Shown here: positions 47,512 to 59,373 of the stretch, in pieces
Numbering within the stretch: the stretch's first letter is position 1
Layout of the letters: every line of letters starts with the position of its first letter
From: Scenedesmus sp. PABB004
Taxonomy: Eukaryota
DNA: 64,000 bases
Reading direction: 5' to 3'
Assembly (NCBI GenBank): GCA_014905635.1
Contig: JABVCE010000002.1
Coordinates: 248,001 to 312,000, forward strand
Notes under the pieces: generated by a model
What the model was told of the DNA's origin: nothing
Database searches by the model: none
Seen by the model: only the letters and a program-made list of their open reading frames with translations
Position numbers and translations under genes: made by a program

Positions 47512-49498
47512 ATGGAGCAGATCCTGGACGTGAGCGGCGCGCAGCCGCCGTACGTGGAGCTCTACAGCCACGCGCCGCTCATGCTGATGTCGCTGTGCAA
47601 CCACCGCCTCGCGGCGGCGCAGGCGCGCCGCCCCCGCCGCGCGCACGCGCAGCGCGCAATGCCGCCGCCGCCGCGGCGCCGCGGCGGCACGCGCGCGCCC
47701 ACCGCCGGCCGGCCCCCGCCGCCGCGCCGCGCAGGCGACGCCGCGCGAGCTGCTGTACTGGTGCCACAGCGTGCAGTGCGCGGTCGACGACGTCGCGGCG
47801 GCGGCGGGGCTGTACAAGATCAAGGGCCCCGGCCCCGCCCCGAGCTGCCTCTTCACCGTCTCGCCAGACATGCCGCCCAAGCAGCAGGCCGACGTCATGC
47901 TCGGCGCGGCGCAGCAGCTGCGCGCGCTGCTCGGCAAGGTGCGGCTGCGCGCGCGCGCGCGCGCGCGCAGCGTGGCGGGCGACGGCACCAGCGGCGGGCG
48001 CGCGTGCGCGGGCGTGCCCGCGGCGGCGCCCACGCCGCGCTGCGCCGCGCCGCCGCAGGTGCCCCTGCCCGGCGGCGACCAGCTCGCGACGCAGATCACC
48101 ATTCACGCGGGCAAGTACGCCGGCGGCGTGGTGGGCAAGGGCTCGTGGACGTACGAGTGAGCCGCCGCGCCGCGCGCCGCCGCGCGTTGCGGCCCGCGCC
48201 CGCGCGCGCGCCGCCGCCGCCCGCTCGCGCGCCGCCGCGCGCGGGCTGAACCCTCAGCCATGGCGTTCGCGCCGCCGCGCCTGCGCCCGCGGCGCAGCGT
48301 GTTTGGGCGTGACGTGCAGGACCTGCTGGACATGGACCGCTTCAACGCCCCGGGCACCATCCAGGTGTCGGAGCCCGCGCTCGCGCTGCTCGGCGCCGAG
48401 CCGGCCGCGTTTGCGCCCGCGTGCAAGCTGCTGTGCAGCGGGCGCGAGGTCGCGCTGCACCGCTGGCTCGGCGGCGACGGCGGCGACGGCGGCGACGGCG
48501 CGCCGGCGACGCCCGCCGCCGCGGCAGCGCTGAAGGCGCCGCCCGCGCGGCTGCTGCAGCCCGACGCGCCGCCGCTGCCCGCCAAGGCCAGCGGCGACGT
48601 GCAGCGCGCGGGCAGCTCAGGCGCGGCCGCTGGCGCGGCGGCGCCCGCCTCGCCCGCGGTGGCGGGCGGCGGCGGCGGCGCCATGGCGGCCGACCTGCTG
48701 TTCCGCGACCCCGGCCTGGAGGCCGACTTTGTCGCGGCGGGCGCGCCCGCGGCCGGCGCGCGTGACATGGCCTTCGCAGCGCTCGCCCTGCTGCTCGCGG
48801 CGGCGCTGGCCGCGGGCGGCGGCCCGGGGCTGCGCGGCGGCGCGCAGCTCGCGCTGAGCGCGGGGCAGTGGCTCGCGCCCGCGGCCGCGGTGTGCTGGCG
48901 CGCCGCGGCGCCGGCGAGCTACGCCGCGGGCCGGGAGCGGCTGTGGCTGGCGCACCGCGCCGCCTCGGGCCTCAACGTCGCGTGCGCGCTGCTCTGGTGC
49001 ATGCTCGCCCAGCGCGGCGCCCCCGGCGCCGGCGCGGCGGGGCTGCTGGCGGCGCGCGGCAGCGTGGCGGGGCTGCTGCGGCGGCAGGCGCTGGTGATGA
49101 CGGCCGACGCGCTCGGGTTCAAGGTGCGGCCCGCGCCACCACGGCGCGGCGCCCGCGCCGCGGCGCCCGCCCGCGGCGCGGCCACACGCGCGCTCACGCG
49201 GCCCGCCGCGCCGCGCGCCCCGCAGGTCCGCGTGCGCGCGCACCTGCTGACGCTCGCGCTCAGTGCGGCGGTGGCGCTGCTGGCCACGCTGTCGCAGTGC
49301 TGCGCCGGCGGCGACGTCCAGGGCGAGCCCGCGCACGTGCTGCTGGGCCTGGCGCTGCGGCTGTGCCTGGGCGTGGCCGCGCCCGCGGCGCTGCTGTACT
49401 GGTGGGAGCTGCGCGAGCGCCTGGCCTTCCTGGCCGCGCGCCAGGGCGGCGGCGCGGGCGCGCCCGGCCGCGGCTGGGGCAAGGCCAAGGCGCTGTGA
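47512..49498 (+). CDS. Degenerate class III nucleotide cyclase domain followed by ~6 TM segments, 5 exons
   Basis: GLYKIK, ITIHAGKYAGGVVGKGSWTYDVFGRDV and PGTIQVSE fit the cyclase fold. Then LLFRDPGLEADF, hydrophobic helices and ELRERLAFL. Confidence 0.75.
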
Positions 49499-50472
49499 GG
49501 CGGCGGCACGCGGTGTGCGGCGATCGTGTACGTAGTATTGGCTTGCTGGCCGCGTGCGTGGCTCCTGCACTGCTGGCCCACCCGCGGCTGACGCACGCAC
49601 GAACCCCCGGGCTGGCACACTGCACGGTGCACTTGGCGGAGGCCCACGTCGCGCCGCGCGGCGCGTGTGCGCGTGCGCTGGGAGGTTCCTCGCTCGGGGC
49701 TGCAGCCGCAGCCGCGCGTGCCTGCGCGCGCGTGCGACAGCCGCGGAGGCTCCTGGACTTGCGTGGCTGTGCCGCACTGCGGCGCCGTCGTCGTCACCAT
49801 CACCGCAGGCGAGGCCCCCGCTCCCTGCTGCTCGGCGCGCGCGCCACCGCGAGCGGGAGCTTGCTGCTTCAATGGCGGGCGGGCCTGGGGCGGGCGCGTG
49901 TGCACGACTGGAACAGCAATCAGCAATCAGCGCCCTGTTCAAACAAGTCGGTTGTTTTGTGCTCGGGTTTCCTCGTCAAACCAAAAAAAGTTGGTGGTGA
50001 GCTGCAGCGGCGGCGGTGGTGATGGTGGTGAGCTGCAGCGGCGCTGCGCGCGGCGGCGCGCCGGGCTGGCGGGCGGAGTCTAGGCGCAGTCACGTGGCGC
50101 GCGTGAGCGCGTGACGCGCGGGTGAGCTGTCAGTTCTCTCTCTCTTGAGTGGTCGCACGGCACGACTCCTGCGTTGGTTTGGCTCGACGGCCGCCCTGCA
50201 CGCATGTGTGCATGCACATGCAGCTGGCACCCACGCGGTGCGCTTGCGTCTCCGCACGGAGGTGGAGGTGGAGAGAGGGTTCCGGGTGGGGAGGAGTCTG
50301 GCCACCGTGCGCGCGGCTGGCTGCCGCCGGTGGCAGGGGGAGCGCCGCGGGCTGTGCGGTGCAACCGAGGTTCGCGCGTTCCATTCCGCCGCCGCCCGGG
50401 CGCCCAGCCCCCAGCGCGCCCGAGGCGCTGCGCTCCCCTCCCAGTGTGGCTCACAGCGCTCCCTCCGCCGGC

Positions 50473-52540
50473 TCACGCGCGCACGCCCATGGCGGCCAGG
50501 ATCTTGTCGTCCACCGCAAAGTCGATGGCCTTGCTCGCCCGCCCCGACGACGTGTACTCGCGCACGAGCGCGGGCACGTCGCCCAGGAAGTTGTGCCGCG
50601 GCGCCCAGCCCAGCTCGCGCTTGGCCTTGTCGCTCGACGCGAAGAAGTGCACCGTCCTGCGCGGCGCGTGCGCGCGCGGCGTGGGCGCGCGGCGCGCGCG
50701 GGGCGCGGCGCGCGTGCAGCGCCCTGCAGCGCCGGCGGCGCGGCGCCCGCACCTGAAGGGGAAGCCCTCGGCCTTGCCGCCCTTGCCGGTGCCCACCTCC
50801 TCGGGGCTGTACAGCACGACGCGCGGCTCCTTGCCGAGCGCGCTGCCGACGGCCTTGACGATGCCTGCGCCCCGCGGCGGCGGCGGCGGCGGCGGCGGGG
50901 TCGGCGCGCGCGCGCCCGGACGCCCGGCGCGCGCGCGCGAGGGAGAGAGGGGCCCGCCCTCGCGGCGCCGCGCGCACCCTGGAAGGTGACGGCGCGGTCG
51001 GAGCAGACGTTGTAGTGCTGCCGGATCGCGGCGGGGTTGCCGGGCACCGCCGCGAGCATCGACGCGACGTCCTCGACGTGCGTCAGCGTCACCAGCTGCA
51101 CGCCGGGCACCGGGATGGGCACGGGCCGGTCCCTGCGGCGCGCCGCGCGAGCGCGCTCGGCGCCGCGCCCGCGCGCGTGCGCGCCCGCCGCCTGCGGCGC
51201 CCGCGCGCCCTGCCCTGCTTGAGCCGCGCTTCAGCTGTGTGTGTCGCGCGCGCACCGGACGATGCGGTCGACGAACCACTGCTCGCAGTCCTTGGCGGTG
51301 TGGGGGCCGTAGATGTAGAGGGGCTGGAAGACCGTGTAGGGCAGGCCCTCAGCCTCGAGGTACTTCTCAACAGCGACGTGCCCTGGCGCGGCGGTGCGCG
51401 TGCGCGGGGCAGCGGCGCGGCGGTGCGTGCGCGGGGCAGCGGCCGCGCGCCGCGCGCCGCGGCCGCCCGCGGCGCTGCCGGCCGCGGCGGCGTCCGCGCG
51501 CGCGCGCCCGGCTCGTGCGGCGCGCCGCACCCGCGCTCGACTTGCGCTCGTCGCCCTCCACGTGCATCGGCTCGGTGCTGTCCGCCTTGTAGGCGCCCGC
51601 CGACGCAACAAACACGTAGTGCTTGCACATGCCCTGCGCGCCACGCGCGCGGTGGCGGCGTCGCCGTCGGCGCCGGCGCCGGCCGCGGCCCCGCACACAA
51701 ACGCGCGCGCGCGCGGGCGCGCGGCGCACGCGCGCGCCCCGCCGGGCGCCGCGCGGCGCGGCGCCGCGCCTTGGCGGCGTCGATGAGCGGCTTGCAGGAC
51801 TCCATGTCCTTGCCGTTGTTGTCGTAGACCACGTCAAAGGGGCCCTCCGGGTAGGTCGTGTAGTCGGTGGGGCTGCCCCAGTGCACCTTGAGCCCGCGCA
51901 CGCCGCCGTACTCGCTGAACGGCGCCTTGGCGCTCAGCTTGGCCTGCGCGCGCGCGCGCGGGTGCGGCGTCGGCGCCGCCGCCGGCGGCGGGCCAGGGGC
52001 TGGCTTGAGCGGCGGCGGCGGCGGCGGGGGCGCGGGGTGAGACCCCTCTCACCGGGTCGCCGTCGTTGAAGATGGTGACGTCGTGGCCCTTGGCCAGCAG
52101 CTCCTTGGCGAGGTAGAGCCCGATGAAGGCGTGGCCGCCGCCCTTGGTGTTGACGATCAGGCACTTGTCCGCGCGCACCACCACCGCGGCGCGGCGCGAC
52201 GCGGCGCGCACGGCGCGGCGCGGGCTGCGGGCGCGGCGCGCGGCGGGGTGGGCGCGCGCGCTCGGCGGCAATCCGGCGCCGCCCGCCGCCGCCGCTGCGC
52301 GCGATCGGTTTGATCCCACGCTGCCCGCGCGCCGGCCGGGCGCGCCGCAGCGGCGGCTGCGCCCCCGGCCGGCAGCGGCGGCAGCAGCGGCGCGCCGCGC
52401 GGCGTGGCAATTGTGGCGCCGCTTCGGCCCGCGCCGCCCCCGCGCCGCGCGGAGGGCTGCGCGCGGTCGATGCCCGCCTGCCCGCCTCACCCCGCGGCAG
52501 CGCTGCAGGGCCCGCGACGGGCTGCCAGGTTGAGCGCCAT
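50473..52540 (-). CDS. CSP41a: Chloroplast stem-loop RNA-binding protein 41a (NAD-epimerase/SDR fold), 8 exons
   Basis: LIVNTKGGGHAFIGLYLAKELL, FDVVYDNNGKD, HVEGD, QPLYIYGP..KDCEQWFVDRIVR and FPFR.VHFF. Transit peptide ending VVVRA. Confidence 0.93.
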
Positions 52541-52755
52541 CTCGCTGGCCGCGCGCGTCTGGCGTCTGTGTTGGGGCGCGACAGCACCGCGGTGCGGCGT
52601 GGGCGCTGAAAGGTGCCCAATGAGCGGGCGGGCGCGGCCTGAACGCGCGTGTTTTCCCCTGTCACTCTGCGCTGAAAGCTCCCACGCCTGCCAAAGCCAA
52701 CGAGCGCCCGCCGGACCCCCCGCGAACGCGAAAGGCCTGCGCGACGCCCGCCACG

Positions 52756-53357
52756 ATGCAGCTGGCTCGCCGGCAGGCGCCGGCGAGCCGCCGCTGCGTG
52801 GTGGCGGCAGCGGCGAAGAAGCCCAAGCCGCAGAAGAAGCGCTTGCGCAAGCCCAAGGCGCCCGTCGGCGAGCGCCTGTACCTGGGTGCGGCGTGGAGCA
52901 GCGGGCGGCACCCGGCGGCCGCGCGCCGGCCGCCGCCGCTGCTGCTGCCGGCCGGCCGCGCGCCGCCGACTCGCCCCGCGCCACGCCGTGCTCTCCCCGC
53001 GCAGACTACGGCCTGGCCGATGCCGACGAGGGCGAGGAGGCCGCCAGCGGCGGCAGCCCCGCCGACATGGTGCTCGTGCCGGGCGGCCGCGTGCCGGCGG
53101 CGCCGCAGACCGCGGACCGCCCCGCCGGCAAGGGTGCGCGCGCCGCCCGCGCTCGCTCGCTCGCACGGCTGCCCCGGCCCGCCGCCGCCCGCCGCCGCCG
53201 CTGACGCGCCCGGGCGCTGCCTGCGCCTGCGCGCCCGCGCAGCGCCGCGGCCGGAGGACCTCTACGCCGTTCGCAGGGCGGCGCAGCCCGCGGTCACGCC
53301 GCTGCCGGGCGGGCCCGGCGGCGGCGGCAAGTGGTCGTGGGGCGACGCCGCGCCGGG

Positions 53358-53403
<46 letters not shown>

Positions 53404-53459
53404 GTGGCGATGTGGAACCCACGCACCGGATTCATGAAGACCCGCGAGCAGCTGGAGGC

Positions 53460-53500
<41 letters not shown>

Positions 53501-53668
53501 CGGCCGCAGGCGCGGCCCCCGCGAGCACCGCTGGCAGCGGGCAGCCCGGCAGGCTGGTCGAGCCGCTGCCGCCGCCGGGCGCGCAGCACGCGCCGCCGCC
53601 GCCGCCGCAGCAGCGGTGGCAGAAGCAGCAGCAGCAGCCGTCGCCGGCGGCAGGCGCGGCTGCGGCAC

Positions 53669-53701
<33 letters not shown>

Positions 53702-54354
53702 CCGGCGAGCTGCCGGCGGTGAGCCGGGAGCAGGTGCTCGGCTCGTGCGCGGCGACCGCGGCGGGCATGCTCGCCGGCGCGGCGATGCTGCACTTTTTCG
53801 CCGAGCGCTACGCGACGCCGCTGCTGGGCGCCGACCCCGCCGCGCTCGCGCCGCTGCTGCGGCTGCCGGCGGGGCTGGAGGGCCCGCGCGATGCCGCGTA
53901 CGCGCTCGGCGCCGCCGCGCTCGTCACGGGCGCGCGGCTGGGGCTCGTCGCGGCGGTGCCGGCGTTTGCGGACGCGAGCGACCGCGCCAACCGCCAGGTG
54001 CTGTCGCCGCTGCGCTGGCCCGACGTCGCCGCCGTCGCCGCGCTGAGCGGCGTCGCGGAGGAGGCGCTCTTCCGGGGCGGCCTCGTGCCCGCGACGCTGC
54101 CCGACGCGCGCGGCGTCGCGCTCGCGGGGGTCGTGTTTGGCGCGCTGCACGTCGGCGGCGGCCGCAACGCCGCGTACGCGGCGTGGGCGACCGCCGTCGG
54201 CTGGCTCTACGGCGCCGCCTTCCTCGCCACCGGCAACGTCTGGGTGCCCGCCGTCGCGCACGCGGCCGCCAACTTTGCGGGGGCGGCCCTGTGGCTCGCG
54301 CGCAACCCCCGGGCGGAGGGGGCCGGCGGCGGCAGCAGCAGCGGCGGCGGCTAG
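52756..54354 (+). CDS. CPBP/Abi (CAAX protease type II) intramembrane protease, plastid-type, 3 exons
   Basis: SGVAEEALFRG, VFGALH and HAAAN motifs. Transit-peptide-like start (RRCVVAAAA) and polyQ linker. Confidence 0.88.
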
Positions 54355-54429
54355 CTAGTGACGCCGCGGTTCTGGTTCTGGCGCGCGATCCATCGATCGC
54401 AGGCGTGCGTGCTCTCCCCGCAGCGCGAG

Positions 54430-54434
54430 TGTAA
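54430..54434 (+). promoter_or_regulatory. TGTAA polyadenylation signal
   Basis: ~76 nt after the CPBP stop. Confidence 0.55.
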
Positions 54435-54606
54435 CGCACGTTCACGAAACACGGTCCTGCCGCAGCGCCGAGCCGCGATCGCTTGGCGATCGAATCAACC
54501 GCCGCCGCCGGCGCTGCTGCTGGTGCCGCCGCCGCCGGCAGCTCTGCCCGCTCCCTCCCTCGCAGCACCCGGCAGCTGACTGCCCGCTACCTCGCGGCAT
54601 CCCGCC

Positions 54607-56096
54607 ATGAGACGGGCAGCCGCGAGCAAGCAGAGCAGCGATGACCTGCTGCTGCTGCCAAAGTCGGAGGGCGGCGCGAGCCCCGCACAGCGCAAGAGCG
54701 AGCGCGTTGCGCTCGGCCGGTGCGCTGCTCGGCGGCTGCCTGCTGGGTGGCGGCTGTGCTGCGTCGGCGGCAGCGGTCACCCGCCGCCGCCGCCGTCGGT
54801 GACGCCACCGCGCTGCTGCCGCCGCCGCCACGGACCAGGGCGCTGCTGCTGGTCGCCGTGCTGCTCGGGAGCGTCTATGCCATCAGCCGCGTCGCGCGTG
54901 GCCTGCCGTCACAGGCGGGCTCCGCCACGGGCGAGGGCGAGGGCATCGAGGCCATAATGGACGGATGGGTGCGCGCGAGACCACGCGTCGGCGGGCCCGC
55001 CCGCCGCCGCGCCGCGCGTGGCGGGCGCGCGCGCGCGCGCGGCGCCCTGACGCCGCGCCGCGCCGCCCGGCCGCAGGCGCGGCACGTTCACTGACGCCGC
55101 GGGCGGCCGCCGCCGCCGCAGGCGCAGGCCGCAGACCGGCACGAGTTCCGCACCGCGCGCGGCCGCGGCGCCGACCACGAGCACGCCGTGCGCGGTGACG
55201 ATGATGGCAGCATCATCGTGCGCCCGCAGCAGCAGCAGGGCGGCGCCGGCGGCGGCCACGCCACGCTGCCGCCCGCGCACTCGGTGGTCAGCGCGGGCGG
55301 CGGCGACCACCGCCCGGGCGGCGGCGACCACCGCCCGGGCGGCGGCGAGCTGCCGCTGCCGGCGGAGGACGCGGCGACGTCCGCGCACCCACACGAGCAC
55401 GGCCACGCGCACGCCGCGCCGCTGGCGCCGCACCCGGCGGCGACGGGGCTGTACGCGCTGGTGCGCGGCCCGCGCCGCGCCGCGTCGCGCCGCAGTGCTC
55501 GGCGCCCTGCGCCGCGCCGCCACCGCGCCGCCGCGCTCGGCGCCCCGCCCGCGCGCCCCGGCCGACGCGCGCCCGGCCGGCCGGCGCGCGCGCGCCCGCA
55601 GACCGCGACCGACGCCGAGACGGGCGCGCCGCGGCCGCTGTCGGAGTTTGCGGGCAAGGTGGTCCTCGTGGTCAACGTGGCGAGCGATTGCGGATTCACC
55701 AAGTCCAACTACGAGGGCCTCGCCGCGCTGCACGCCAAGTACGCGGCGTTTGGGTTTGAGGTCCTCGCCTTCCCCTCGAACGACTTTGGCGCCCAGGAGC
55801 CGGGCAGCGACGCCGAGATCGTCGCGTTTGCGCGCAGCACCTACGGCGCGCGCTGGCCGATCTTCTCAAAGGCCACCGTCAACGGCCCGTCGGCGCACGA
55901 GGTCTTCCGCTTCCTCCGCGCCGCGCTGCCGGCCGACCAGGGCGGCGGCGGGGACGAGGGCATGCCGTTTATAACCTGGAACTTCTTCAAGGCCCTCGTG
56001 AACCGCCACGGCCAGCCGGTGCGCATGTTCCACCAGCACTACCACGCCGGCGAGGTCGAGCACGCGGTCTACGAGGCGCTGCAGTCGCCGGCGTGA
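54607..56096 (+). CDS. Cys-type glutathione peroxidase with N-terminal signal anchor and His-rich linker
   Basis: Exons 54607-54719, 54839-54968, 55122-55460, 55602-56096. Motifs GKVVLVVNVASDCG, LAFPSNDFGAQEPG and WNFFK. Confidence 0.9.
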
Positions 56097-56131
56097 CATG
56101 CAGGCGGCGCTCACGCCGGGGCGGCGGCGGT

Positions 56132-56199
56132 CTGTGCCCTGAGCCGCGCCGGCGGCCCTGGCTGTGCCCTGAGCCGCGCCGGTCTGCGCCCTGAGCCGC
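56132..56199. repeat. Three copies of CTGYGCCCTGAGCCGC(GCCGG)
   Basis: Copies at 56132, 56162 and 56184, between the GPX stop and BUD22 start. Confidence 0.85.
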
Positions 56200-56351
56200 C
56201 GCACCGGGGCGGCGGCGGTCGTGCCGTCGCGGCGGCTGCGGTCAGGAGCAGTGTGTGACCGGCGAGCGACCTCCCGCAGCCCGCGCCGACAGCCGCAGCG
56301 CACGGCCGCCAGCAGCGCCGGCGGCAGCAGCGGCAGCGGCGGCTGAGCGCC

Positions 56352-58823
56352 ATGGCCAAGCCGGCGCGCCGGCCGGCGGCCAAGGTAGTTGCCGCGGCCG
56401 CTCGTCCCGGGCCCGCTCGCGCGCTGGGGGGACGCTCAGGCGCGACGCCGCGGCCGCCGCCGCTCTCGCAGGGCCCGCCGCAGGCCGGTCGCAAGCCCGT
56501 CGGCAAGGCCGCCAAGGCCAAGCAGAAGTGCGTGACTCTGGCACGCGCTGGGGCGCGCCGCGGGACGCGCCACGAACGGGCCGCCGCCGCTGCGGCCCGC
56601 CGCCACCGCTGCTGCCGCCGCCCGTCGCGCAGGGACCCCGCAAAGTGGCTGCACCACAGCCTGAAGGCGGTGCACAAGGTTGGTTCCGGGCCGGCGACGA
56701 GGCCAGCGGCGGCGCGTGCAGCGCTGCTGCACGCAGCGCGGCCGCCGACAGCCTGCCGCACCCTCTGCCTCGCGCGCGCGCGCAGGCGCTGAAGCAGGCC
56801 AAGAACTTTGAGGTCCGCAAGATCACGCGCCGCCTCGCGCAGGCGCGCGGCGAGGCGGCCGGCGGCAAGGAGGGCGGTGCGTGTCCCGCGCGCGGCGCAC
56901 GCGAGCTGGGCGCGCGGCGCGCGCGGCGCACAGCGCCCCAGCGACGGCCGCCGCCCCGCGCTGTTGCCCCTGCGCGCAGGCGCCGCTGCGGTGCAGAAGC
57001 TGGAGCAGCAGCTGCAGGTGGCCAAGCACGCGGACCTGGACCGGCTGGCGCAGCAGGCCGCCGCGAAGGCCGGCCTGGTCGCGCCCGGCGGCCCGCCCGC
57101 CGAGGGGGGCCAGGCGGCGGCTGCCGCGCCGGCGCAGGCCGGCGTCGACGCAGGCCTTGCCGCGGCGGTGCAGCAGCGGCTGCTGGCGGCGGCGTGCGTC
57201 AAAAAGGAGGTGGAGCAGCAGCTGGGGGAGTTCAAGAAGCGCTTTGCGCCCGGCCGGCACGGCGAGGCGCCGGCCGCCGGGGCGGGCGAGCCGCCGCAGC
57301 TCGACGCGCCGCCGGCCAAGCGGCGCAGGGGCGGCGCCGGCGGCAGCGACGCGTCCAGCGGTGGCAGCGACGCGCCTGGCGGCAGCGACGCGTCCAGCGA
57401 CGCGTCGATGAGTGACGGCGGCGCGGACGCGGGTGAGGCCGAGAGCGGCAGCGTTGACCTGGAGGCTGAGTATGAGGCGCAGCAGGCGGCTGAGCGCGCG
57501 CAGGGCCTCGCGCCGCCGGGGGACGACGAGCTCGACGGCGCGACGCTGGCGGCGCTCGACAAGCTGCGCGCGAGGTGGGCCCGCGCGCGCGCCCGGGGGC
57601 AAGGCAAGGCGCCCCGCGCCGAGCGAGGCCCCGACTCGCCGCCGCGCGCCGCAGGGCGGAGGTCGCTGAGGCGTCCAGCTCGATGGATGACTCGGGCGTC
57701 ATCTCGGGCGGCGGCGGCGGCCTGGGCAGCAGCGGCAACGGCGGCGACAGCGACGACGGCGACGCGCTGGGCGGGCGCCTGCTGGCCAGCAGCGCCAGCG
57801 AGGACGAGGGCAGCGACGACGGCAGCGGCAGCGGCAGCGAGGGCGCGGACGGCGGCGGCGAGGGGCGGCAGGCGGGGGCGGGGGCGGGCAAGGCGCGCAA
57901 GCAGCCCGCCAAGCCGCCCCCCGGCGGCTACCCCGGCCCGCCGGCGGCGCCCGTGCTGAGCAAGGCGGAGCGGCTGGCGGCAAAGCGGCGGGCCAAGCTG
58001 GAGAAGCTGCTCAAGCGCGGCAAGCGCCTGGGGCAGCGCATGCGGCGCCAGGTGTACGAGAAGCTCTACGGGCACGACGCACACCACATCAAGGCGCGGC
58101 AGGGTTTAGGCGCCGGGCACCGCTCCCGCGCGGGGCTCGGCGCTGCGCGGCGCGCGCAACCTCTAACCGGGCGTCGCGCGCGCGCCGCCCCGCCCCGCCC
58201 CGCAGGCCTCCGCGCAGCACGGCAACGGCGGCGCCAGGGGCGCGCGCCCGGACCGGCGCGGGGCAGGCGGGCGGCAGGAGCGCGGCGGCAGCGAGCGCCC
58301 CCGGCAGCAGCGTGAGGCGGGCCCGCCGCCGCACAAGCAGCAGCAGGGCCGCGGCGCGCCCGGCAGGCCGAGCCGCGGCGGCAGCGGCGACGGCAGGGCG
58401 CCGGCGGCGGCGCGGCAGACGCCAGAGGGCAAGGCGGCCGACCTTCACCCCTCGTGGGCGGCGCGCAAGCAGCAGCAGAAGCAGCTGCTGGCGGCCACGC
58501 CAGCTGCCAAAAAGGTGGTGTTCGGCGACGACGGCGAGGTGAAGCAGGCGCAGCAGCCCGCTGCGCAGGCGGCGCCGCTGCAGCAGCAGCAGCGCCGCAC
58601 GGAGCGGCCGGCGCAGCAGCGCCAGCCGCAGAGCGGCGGCAGGGGCGGCGCAGCCGGTGGCGGCGGCAGGCGCGGCGCAGCCGGCGGCGGCAAGGGCGGC
58701 GCGGGCGCCAATCCGGCGGCGCAGCCGGCGGAGGCGCTGCACCCGTCGTGGCAGGCCAAGAAGCGGCAGGCCGCCACCATCGCCGCGCAGCCGGCGGGCA
58801 AGAAGGTGGTATTTGACGACTGA
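56352..58823 (+). CDS. BUD22/SRFBP1-family ribosome biogenesis protein, 6 exons
   Basis: ALKQAKNFEVRKITRR, acidic linker, KRLGQRMRRQVYEKLYGHDAHH and LHPSWQAKK...GKKVVFDD*. Confidence 0.85.
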
Positions 58824-59373
58824 GGCGGCCCGCGGTCGGTGCCGGCGGCGGCGGTCGGTGCAGATTACCCGAGTTCCAACCCGCGCGGGTGGGAGCGCGC
58901 CGTGTGACACCGATTCCTGCCCAGAGCCAGCGCCTCGCGGCGCCGGGGACGCGCCCCTCTCTCGGCTTGCTCAGCCAGTGCCCCCCAGCACAGTTTGTCG
59001 CCGGTGCCACAGATGCAATGCCCCCAATCCCGACCCCGAGTCGCACCCGGCCCCCTTGCGGAGCCGGGCTGGGGGGCGCCGACCGCCCGCCCACCGCGCG
59101 CGCGCGCGGCGGCTGCTGCGTCGCAGCAGCAGGCCCCCTGGCGCGTGCGTCAGCGCCCCCGGTCCTCCCACGCTGATGTCACAGGGATGCCACACAGCTG
59201 CAGTGCGTGCGCGCGGCGGCAGCCGGCTCCCGTGCGTTGCTGGCCGGCGCGAGCCGGCGGCTGGCCGCCGCCGGAGCCTCGCTCGCGCTCGCGGGCCGGC
59301 GGCGGGCGTTAGGATGTATAGGATGCGTGTGTGCGCGTGCGGCGCGGGGCACGCACGGCGGGGCGCTGGGCTC

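Noticed and set aside
55092..55094. In-frame TGA in a GPX gene as selenocysteine
   Set aside because: It is far from the active site, which is already Cys (TGC). It coincides with a CTGAC branch point, and I see no clear SECIS.
56132..56199. Short direct repeats as a CRISPR-like array
   Set aside because: Only three copies, spacers of 9 and 1 nt, eukaryotic context and no cas genes.
58101..58110. AGGGTTTAGG telomere-like sequence in a BUD22 intron
   Set aside because: Less than two units, compatible with chance.
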